DNA of 64,000 nucleotides, from the NCBI GenBank assembly GCA_030603365.1, contig JAUVXV010000006.1:110306-174305 (forward strand), in the 5' to 3' direction. Made by a program: the position numbers and the translations under genes. Of the stretch, positions 56,240 through 64,000 are shown piece by piece (position 1 is the first letter of the stretch; every line of letters begins with the position of its first letter). Origin of the DNA: Candidatus Heimdallarchaeota archaeon (GTDB lineage Archaea > Asgardarchaeota > Heimdallarchaeia > Heimdallarchaeales > Heimdallarchaeaceae). A model generated the notes under the pieces. The model searched no databases, was not told the origin of the DNA, and saw only the letters and a program-made list of their open reading frames with translations.

Positions 56240-57001
56240 TTGATTGTTTTATCCTTCTTAAGAAGTGAAATGATGGATAATGATGTCATAGTTAAGACTC
56301 AAGATTTAGTTCGCTCTTTCGAATTTGGTGAAACAGAAGTTTTTGCTTTAAATGGGGTTGATTTTGAGGTTTATAGAGGAGAGTTTGCTTGTGTCTTAGG
56401 TCCTTCAGGCGCTGGAAAAACAACCTTATTGAATATGATAGGCGGGATCGACTATCCCACAAAAGGCAGAGTTATTGTTGATGGTGAAACCATTAGTGAT
56501 TACAATAAAGATGATTTGAATGATTATCGACGTGATAGTGTTGGTTGGGTTTTTCAATTCTTCAATATTGTAGCCAGCTTACGAGCTTGGGAAAATGTAG
56601 GATTAGCTCTTGAATTTCAAGGTATTAAGGATAAGAATGAGATTAAATCTAGATCTTATGATATACTTAAGAAAGTAGGATTGGAGGGAAAAGAGCTAAG
56701 GTTTCCTAGTCAATTATCAGGTGGAGAGCAACAAAGAGTCGCAATTGCTAGAGCACTAGTAAAAAAGCCCAAACTCATCGTGGCTGATGAACCTACAGGC
56801 AATCTTGACTTTGTAACAGGTCAGAAGATTGCGGAACTGATTAGAGAATTGAATAAAGAAGAGGGTACGACACTCATAGTTGTATCACACGATATTAGTA
56901 TTACTCAATATGCAGACAGAGTTTTTCACCTTAGAATGGGTAAAATCGAGAAAATAGAGAATCAAATAAGTAATAGCAATTACAAAAAAGTGAGAGTGTA
57001 A
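56240..57001 (+). CDS. ABC transporter ATP-binding protein (LolD/MacB-type)
   Basis: [36 protein letters not shown]. Confidence 0.95.
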   Translation: MIVLSFLRSEMMDNDVIVKTQDLVRSFEFGETEVFALNGVDFEVYRGEFACVLGPSGAGKTTLLNMIGGIDYPTKGRVIVDGETISDYNKDDLNDYRRDSVGWVFQFFNIVASLRAWENVGLALEFQGIKDKNEIKSRSYDILKKVGLEGKELRFPSQLSGGEQQRVAIARALVKKPKLIVADEPTGNLDFVTGQKIAELIRELNKEEGTTLIVVSHDISITQYADRVFHLRMGKIEKIENQISNSNYKKVRV

Positions 57002-57002
57002 T

Positions 57003-59486
57003 TTGATGAAAATTTTAACCAAGAAGACTTTCCGAGAGATTTGGAAAAATAAATTTAGATCACTCTCTATTGTTCTTATTATTGCACAAACAATTGCACT
57101 TCTAGCAGGTTTAAGAGCTGGACATCCAATTCTGTTTAACACTTATGATTTAAATCTAACATATTATAACGTCGCTGATGGAACATTCACTTTCTCTGAA
57201 CCTATAGAATCGAACAATGTTACCGAGATTAGAAATAATCTAGTATTTATGGAAGAGAATAATATTACAAAAATAGAAGGAAGAATTCAATATTTAACAG
57301 AAATTGTTTACAAAGGAGAAAAGTTTCAAGCAGTGGTTTATGGTATAAACTATCCCACCGACGTAAACCAATTGGTCATTGAGAAAAAAGCAGAAGATAT
57401 CACTAATACAAGTCTAATCCTGCAATCAAATTCAAGTTGTCTTTTAGAAACACATTTTGCTGGAGGATTTTTGGGTCAAAGTGTAGAAATAGAAGACCAA
57501 TTAGAGGTGAAATTCCCTGATAGTGATATCAATTTCACTGTCAAAGGAGTTGCACAAGATTCTTATTATTCATATATGGTTGATGAAAACTCGAAAATGC
57601 CTTTACTAGGTAATCTTGCAGTCATCTGGATAAACCTACAGATTGCACAAGAGCTTAGGTATGATGGAAATCCTTTGATTAATCAAGTACTGTTTACTGT
57701 AGAAGATAAGCTTAACACAGACCAGATTCTTCCTGCTGCTAATGCACTCTCTTATTATTTTAGTAGTCAAAGTATCCCTGCAAACTCGATGAAATTTACA
57801 GTTTATAATGAAACTGATGAATATGTAATGTTTATTGGAGATGCTGGAGCAGTCGATAAAGCTGGTACTATTTTTGGCATTATTGGGCTTATTATATGTG
57901 TTGTAATCATTTTCAATACTTTGAATAAAATGATTTATGCTCAAAGGAAAAATATAGGTTTATTCTTGGCTATGGGATCTCCTAAACGCAAAATTCTATT
58001 TCATTATATAGGTATTACCCTGTTTCTTACTATTTTGGGAATTATTCTTGGTATCCCATTTGCATATGGAATAGCAATAGGAATGGCATATCTTGTTTCT
58101 GGATATATGTATGGTTTTCACCAGATTGATCTTTCTTTACCAACCGAGGAATTCGTTTATGCAGGGGTCATTACTTTAGGCGTATGTGTTGTTTGTTCAA
58201 TCCTAAGTGCATGGACGATAACAACAGTTACACCTCGTGAAGCAATGACTGCTACTTTCACACGAATCAAAAAAGCTAGAAAAACTTTTGCTGAAAAAAT
58301 ATTCGGTTGGATTCCAGGTTTTAAAACCATCCACATGATAGTTCCTCTTCGGGAAGTGTTTTTGAAGAAGAAAAAGAGTCTAATAACTATTCTAGCTCTG
58401 TGTACGTCAATGATTTTCCTAATCAACTCTCTTGCAATGGTTTACAATATCTTCGATCTAATGATTGCTAATTTTGATGAGTATAATACTTACGATGTAC
58501 AAGTTGTTCTTGAGAATCCATATCATGTTAATTATATTAACAAGTTCTTGAATAATGACAGCATAGAAGTTTTACAATCCATTAACCATCATGAGATTTT
58601 CGTTAATGTTTATACGAAAATTATCCATGATGGAGAATTACTAAGTTGGACAGAACTTGCTTGTTATCAAGAGAACTCAACGTTACGGTCATTCAATGTT
58701 ATCAAGGGTGATTTGGATCATAAATCTGATTTAACCAACGACAGCATTTTCCTTGGTACAGCAATTGCTAGTAAGTATAACTTAGAATTGAATGATATGA
58801 TAGAGGTTGGTATTCTATCTAATTACTCAGTTGAAATCGTTGGATTAGTAGGAGAGTTCATTGACTATTCTGTTCTCTGGACCTATGAAGCTTTACAAGA
58901 CAGTGGAGCTAGTTTCTACTTTGGATTATTACCTAACAGAGTCAATGGAATACTATTTACTGTAAACGAAGATACAGATTTAAAATATATTAGAGACGAA
59001 TTTGAAACACATTTTAATATTACTTCTTGGATTGAATCCGATATAGCTAAAGATACAACCCTAGCTCTCATGCAATCATTTTTAGGAATAACGATTCTCT
59101 TCCTCGGAATAGGTATTCTAATAGGAGTGCTATTTAGTTTTCAGTCAATGTATATAGCTTTTATTGATAGACAGCAAGATTTTCTATCATTCAAAGCAAT
59201 GGGAACGAAAAATAAACATATTCGGAGGATTATCTTTTGGGAAAATGCTATTCTCAATCTCGTTAGTCTTATTCTCACAATTCCAGTTGCATACTTAACC
59301 TTTTGGTGGACAATAGATTATATGCTTGGAGGTAATTTCTATATGCCAACTACCATTCCTTGGTTCGCTTGGCCGTTAGTCTTTCTCCTATCACTATTTA
59401 CCTTATGGTTAGCAACATCTAGATTAGTAAGAAGAATAAAGAAAATGAAACTTGCTGATGAATTAAGACAATCAGGAATAACCTAG
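57003..59486 (+). CDS. ABC transporter permease (FtsX/MacB-type, duplicated)
   Basis: Two FtsX-like halves (QRKNIGLFLAMG; RQQDFLSFKAMG). Confidence 0.9.
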   Translation: MMKILTKKTFREIWKNKFRSLSIVLIIAQTIALLAGLRAGHPILFNTYDLNLTYYNVADGTFTFSEPIESNNVTEIRNNLVFMEENNITKIEGRIQYLTEIVYKGEKFQAVVYGINYPTDVNQLVIEKKAEDITNTSLILQSNSSCLLETHFAGGFLGQSVEIEDQLEVKFPDSDINFTVKGVAQDSYYSYMVDENSKMPLLGNLAVIWINLQIAQELRYDGNPLINQVLFTVEDKLNTDQILPAANALSYYFSSQSIPANSMKFTVYNETDEYVMFIGDAGAVDKAGTIFGIIGLIICVVIIFNTLNKMIYAQRKNIGLFLAMGSPKRKILFHYIGITLFLTILGIILGIPFAYGIAIGMAYLVSGYMYGFHQIDLSLPTEEFVYAGVITLGVCVVCSILSAWTITTVTPREAMTATFTRIKKARKTFAEKIFGWIPGFKTIHMIVPLREVFLKKKKSLITILALCTSMIFLINSLAMVYNIFDLMIANFDEYNTYDVQVVLENPYHVNYINKFLNNDSIEVLQSINHHEIFVNVYTKIIHDGELLSWTELACYQENSTLRSFNVIKGDLDHKSDLTNDSIFLGTAIASKYNLELNDMIEVGILSNYSVEIVGLVGEFIDYSVLWTYEALQDSGASFYFGLLPNRVNGILFTVNEDTDLKYIRDEFETHFNITSWIESDIAKDTTLALMQSFLGITILFLGIGILIGVLFSFQSMYIAFIDRQQDFLSFKAMGTKNKHIRRIIFWENAILNLVSLILTIPVAYLTFWWTIDYMLGGNFYMPTTIPWFAWPLVFLLSLFTLWLATSRLVRRIKKMKLADELRQSGIT

Positions 59487-59515
59487 AAACAAAAAAAATG
59501 AACTGAAGTGAAAAA

Positions 59516-61015
59516 ATGAAGAAATTAATCATTATTGGAGGAGGTTTAGGTGGTTTATCTACTGGTATCTATGCTCAATTGAATGGTTTTGATACTACTA
59601 TTTTCGAAAAAAATCCCGTACCAGGTGGTCTTGCTGCTTGTTGGAAAAGAGGTGATTATCTAATCGATGGTGGAATTCATTTTCTTTCTGGGTATAAACC
59701 TGGACTTTCTCTTTATAATGTTTTCAAAGAAGTTGGTGCTCACAAAGCAGAATGTGTAGACATAGAAACATATGCTAGATATGTAGATGAGAAAAGTGGA
59801 ATAGTTATTGATATCTCTGCTGATTTAGATAAATTCCAAGCTGATCTTCTTTCTTTATTTCCTGAAGATAAGAAAAAAATTAACCATTTCATTAAAGCAA
59901 CTAGAGGATTAAGTAAAACTGATATTAGCGAATTTGGGTTCAAAGAACCTTTAGAGCTAATGAGAACTAGAGATTGGATAAAAGAATATTGGCAGAATAG
60001 AAAAGCTCTCAAATACTTCATGGGCAAATCTATGAAACCTGTTCGGGAATATGTTAAGGATATACATAATCCATTGTTTAGAGATCTCCTCCTTTACATG
60101 TTCTTACCAAGTGTTCCAATAGTTTTTCTTTGGATGGTCTTAAGTTTTGTTTCTCAAAAGCAGATGGGAGTGTTGAAGAGAGGGTCTTTAGATTTTGCTA
60201 AAAAATTAGAAGAAAGATATCTGGAACTGGGAGGAAAAATCGAATATAAATCTCAGGTCAAAGATATTCTTGTTGAAGCTGATACAGCTGTAGGGATTAG
60301 CATAGAAGATGGAATAGTACATAATGCAGATTTTGTAATCTCTGCAATAGATGGACGTACTGTAATCTATGAAATGCTTAATGGGAATTATACAAATGAC
60401 AAGATAAATGAAATTTATAGCAAATGGAAGACCGTTGATCCTTTTGTAAGTGTGAGTCTTGGAGTAAATATGGAGTTTAAAGATGAAGTATGGATGACGC
60501 TCTTCAAAACCACAGACCCTGTTATAGTCGCTGAGGAAGAAAATGATACTGTCATGATTCGTTTCTTTAACTACAGTCCTTATTTCGCTCCAGAAGGAAA
60601 AACAGTCATTCAAGTAGATTTTGAAACTGAATGGGAATATTGGTTTGTTTTAAGTAAAGATAAGAAAAAATACAATCAAGTGAAGAAAGAATTAGCTGAA
60701 AGTACTATAGAATGGTTAGAGAAAAGATACCCTGGAATAAAAGATAAGATTGAGGTTACAGATATAGCAACTCCTTATACCTACTGGAGATATACACTCA
60801 ATGAAAAGGGATCATACATGGGGTTCCTACCCACGGCAGATGCATTTACTTCCAATGTTGAGAAGAGATTACCAGGCTTAAGTAATTTCTATATGTCAGG
60901 TCAATGGTCTATGCCAATGGGAGGAGTGCAACCAGTAATCTATTCAGGTAAACATGTTATTCAGCTATTATGTCATGATGAAGGAAAAAAATTCTCAACT
61001 AATAAAAAAGGATAA
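59516..61015 (+). CDS. FAD-dependent oxidoreductase, phytoene-desaturase-like family
   Basis: IIGGGLGGL, FEKNPVPGG, DIATPYT, FYMSGQW. Confidence 0.88.
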   Translation: MKKLIIIGGGLGGLSTGIYAQLNGFDTTIFEKNPVPGGLAACWKRGDYLIDGGIHFLSGYKPGLSLYNVFKEVGAHKAECVDIETYARYVDEKSGIVIDISADLDKFQADLLSLFPEDKKKINHFIKATRGLSKTDISEFGFKEPLELMRTRDWIKEYWQNRKALKYFMGKSMKPVREYVKDIHNPLFRDLLLYMFLPSVPIVFLWMVLSFVSQKQMGVLKRGSLDFAKKLEERYLELGGKIEYKSQVKDILVEADTAVGISIEDGIVHNADFVISAIDGRTVIYEMLNGNYTNDKINEIYSKWKTVDPFVSVSLGVNMEFKDEVWMTLFKTTDPVIVAEEENDTVMIRFFNYSPYFAPEGKTVIQVDFETEWEYWFVLSKDKKKYNQVKKELAESTIEWLEKRYPGIKDKIEVTDIATPYTYWRYTLNEKGSYMGFLPTADAFTSNVEKRLPGLSNFYMSGQWSMPMGGVQPVIYSGKHVIQLLCHDEGKKFSTNKKG

Positions 61016-61044
61016 GGCAGTTTTTAAAGACAGTATTGGGAATT

Positions 61045-61950
61045 TTAACCCAAAATATACCTTAGTAATGGTTCTATTCCAATAGCTATACCTGCTGATC
61101 TCCTTCCATCAGTTTCCATCATCTCTAGATATAATTGAAATTCAGAAATATCTTCTCCTGATGTTTTCAAATGATCACTGATTTTATTGACATCAATCAC
61201 TCTTTCTCCACCACTAGCTGCTTCTCCAAATCCTTCTGGATAGATCAATTCAGCTGTTGCTAGATATCCTGGTTGGTTGAAATCCTCTCTATATAGACCC
61301 TTCCTTGAACCAATGGGATAGTTGATAATCCACATGGGTTTCCTAGCCCTCTTGGATATTTCTTCTTTAACATAAGAAGGAATTTCTTCTCCAAAATTAA
61401 ATGAACTATCAAGAGAAGTAGCTAACTCATGTAATTCTGAATATGTAATTCTTAGAAAAGGTAGAGATGGTATAGTTATCTTTCTTTCACACTCATCAAG
61501 AACATTAGAGCAGATTAGGCCCACAATATTCAGTAATCTCTCCAAGAAGAGTTCAGTGGTTTCTATAACTTCGTTAATCGATTTTTCTCTCATCTCCAAC
61601 TCAAGTTGATAAGATTCGTACAGGTGACGAGAAATGTGAGAATAAGATTGGGATTCTTCTTTAATAGATGGCGAAAGTGTATAGATCTTTTCAACAGAAC
61701 GAATCAAGGTTTGCTTATAGATAGTCATGTCACTCAATGATTTTTTATAAGAATCATTTGTAAGACTAGATACAGGAGCTAATATTTCTATGAACTCCTC
61801 ATCATTTAATATTCTTCTAATTTGATGAAGAAGAACATGTTGAACAGTCAGAGCTGTTTTTGTTGTTTTTGATAAGGATTCCTTATGCACTGAATACACA
61901 TTATTTCCTTTCTCTACGACTACCATTTCACATACACCAATTGGAATCAT
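61045..61950 (-). CDS. Archaeal asparagine synthetase A / anticodon-less AsnRS-like protein, degenerate
   Basis: RHLYESYQLELE, LIYPEGFGEAASGGER, SAGIAIGIEPLLRYILG. Confidence 0.75.
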   Translation of the reverse strand: MIPIGVCEMVVVEKGNNVYSVHKESLSKTTKTALTVQHVLLHQIRRILNDEEFIEILAPVSSLTNDSYKKSLSDMTIYKQTLIRSVEKIYTLSPSIKEESQSYSHISRHLYESYQLELEMREKSINEVIETTELFLERLLNIVGLICSNVLDECERKITIPSLPFLRITYSELHELATSLDSSFNFGEEIPSYVKEEISKRARKPMWIINYPIGSRKGLYREDFNQPGYLATAELIYPEGFGEAASGGERVIDVNKISDHLKTSGEDISEFQLYLEMMETDGRRSAGIAIGIEPLLRYILG

Positions 61951-62102
61951 TGAACTACGAAGGATGTATATAAATTATGTTTCTTGGTGATAGAATATTA
62001 TGAGTATAAACCTCTAAAATTGCAGTATACTGTAATACTAGGCTTAAATGGATGAATTCCCTTTTAACTCGAAATTAAGTTTTTAAAATAGCTTATTTCT
62101 TA

Positions 62103-63679
62103 ATGACTATGCAAGTTTATACTGGTGCTATTGTTACATGTGACCAATCCGATAATGTTTACAAATACCTAGTCGAAGACAAAGGTAAAATCATTCATGT
62201 GGGAAATCAACTACCTCAGAAATTCACCAACAAACCTATACTAAATTTAGGAGATAAAGCTCTCCTTCCATCATTTAGTGACACTCATATTCATTTCTCT
62301 AATTATGCTTTTTTTGCTCAACAGCTATACTTTGAAAATATTACCTCTTTTCAACAAGCTAAAGACCAGCTCCAGCAATATGTTAAAGAAAGTAAATTAA
62401 AGTTTGTTCTTGGCTTTGGTTTATCTGCTCATAGTCTTGAAGAAAAACATCTCCCTTTTCGTCAGGAACTAGATGAATGGTGCTCCGATCTTCCAGTTAT
62501 GATAATCAGCTATGAAGGTCATTCCTTGGTAGTAAACTCTTTAATGCTTTCAAAACTCCCTTCAGAAATTAAGGAACTTAGAGGGTATAATCCAGAGAAA
62601 GGTCTGTTAGAACAGGAAGCATATTTTCTTGGAGCAGACTTTGTAACTACTCTTGTTTCACCCCTGTCTCTACTAAACTATCTTCTGAAGAGTGTTGATC
62701 TATTGGCTGAGAAGGGAATAGGAATGATCCATGTAGTTGAAGGTATTGGTTTTCCTAGAGATTTAGATGTCGATCTTGTCAGATATGTAGCCCGTAGTCT
62801 AAAAGATGGATTTCAATTTAGAATAAATTTTCAAACCATGGATGTTGACAAAGTTCTAAAAAGAAAACTCCCTCGAATTGGAGGATGTTTTGCAACTGCT
62901 CTAGATGGAGCCTTCACTCCCTTTGATGCAGCTCTGAAAGAAGGATATACTAATGACCCAGATAACAAAGGAATTCTCTTCTACTCCGACGATGAATTGA
63001 TTCATTTCGCAAAAGAAGCACACAATGCTAATCTCCAAATCTCATTTCATGCTGTAGGGGATGCTGCTTTTGAACAAGCAATTAGAGTATTAGAAGCTGT
63101 TATTCTCGCTAATCCTAGAGAAGACCATCGTCACACAATTATTCATGCATGTCTTCCTACTAAAGAAGGATTGAAAAAATGTGCAGAATTAGGTATATGT
63201 ATATCTGCTCAACCTATTTTCCTAATTTTAAAGAAGAACCAATAGAGTTTTTACAAGAAATACTTGGAGAACGTCACAAGAAGATTTCTCCCTTTAGAAA
63301 AATGCTTGACATGGGGATTGTAGTAAGTGGTAGTTCAGATGGTCCAGTCAGTTCACCTAACCCTATTAAAGGAATCCATGCTGCTTGCAATCATTATGTA
63401 CCAGAACAATCTATTACTATTCAAGAAGCTCTGAAGATGTTCACATATCAAGCCGCTTACATGGGTTTTGATGAGCAAGAAAGAGGAAGTCTGGAAATAG
63501 GCAAAACAGCTGATATGGTTATTTTGAACAAGAATCCTTTAGAAGTGAAGCCTGAAAATCTTCTTGATTTAAAGGTTGAAGAAATCTATCTTCAAGGAAA
63601 GAAATATCAAGGAAAACAGGGACTTCTAAGCTTCCTTATGAGATTTATATTAGGTAAAGGAAAAAGGAAAAAAATATGA
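62103..63679 (+). pseudogene. YtcJ-like amidohydrolase split by a single-base frameshift (or sequencing error)
   Basis: PSFSDTHIH, HAVGDAA and RHTIIHA in ORF1; GSSDGP and RGSLEIGKTADMVIL in ORF2. One extra A at ~63224 joins the two frames. Confidence 0.8.
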
Positions 63680-64000
63680 AATTATTATTATGAAAGATTT
63701 TTGTCATATAGTCATGTTAAATGAACAGAGAATCACCTTGAACGTATGCGTTAGACCAGATATTACTGGAGCTTTTATAGGAAAATACAACTGAACTACT
63801 GATGACACAGGTCTTACGAGTGGAATGTATAGAGGTAGACTATCATCTAGCGTTGAGCAAGCTTTGTCATCAAGTGAAGAATCTCTATAATCGAGCTAAT
63901 TTCCTTTTCAAAACCTCTCTTAATAAGCAGAACAAGATCCTGTACTATTATGACCTCAACTCTTTGCTCAAAAACGAAGAATGCTATAAGATTTTACCAG

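Noticed and set aside
2513-60613. Numerous short ORFs antisense to or nested in long genes (e.g. 2513, 6885, 7075, 22658, 37143, 47176, 57636, 60206)
   Set aside because: Shadow ORFs of real coding regions, with low-complexity Ser/Phe/Ile composition.
62103-63679. Programmed frameshift in the amidohydrolase (similar single-base gaps near 45175 and possibly 32710)
   Set aside because: Single-base loss in short A-rich runs with no stimulatory structure seen. Sequencing error or recent decay is more parsimonious; reads are needed.
63700-64000. Possible coding remnant at the right edge
   Set aside because: The frame examined is interrupted by stops and nothing is recognisable.

Overview
AT-rich archaeal DNA with GGTGA-type ribosome-binding sites, TATA promoters and many Cys-rich and surface proteins. 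The gene repertoire suggests an Asgard (Heimdallarchaeia-like) host, but this is inference. The left half (~1-32.5 kb) is an accessory/defence island. It carries a partial HNH-family gene, a NYN/PIN RNase, an RNase HI + HEPN-like + OAS/CD-NTase-like + minimal NTase cluster, and a translationally coupled DptF/G/H (MAD6-8-like) trio plus an HNH nuclease, with no modification genes in view. It also holds a duplicated wHTH-regulator/Zn-finger module (second regulator copy pseudogenised) and several surface proteins. The strongest unexplained signal is a 29-bp dyad, (A/T)TGGT-N19-AC(C/A)A(T), found at 10 intergenic positions. It lies ~21-23 nt upstream of a TATA-like box each time and links most island transcription units into one apparent regulon. 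Next to the intact regulator lies an unannotated 17-codon Pro-rich peptide ORF with a perfect RBS, inside a structured ~240-nt RNA. The right half is mostly housekeeping and surface genes: an MBS/Mbx-like soluble NuoBCDI module, an F420 LLM oxidoreductase, GH113, two 7-bladed propeller paralogues, a secreted caspase-like protease, an LRR protein and an ABC exporter. It also contains an IS607 element with an oversized, RuvC-III-altered TnpB whose empty site can be reconstructed. No tRNA, rRNA or CRISPR array was seen.
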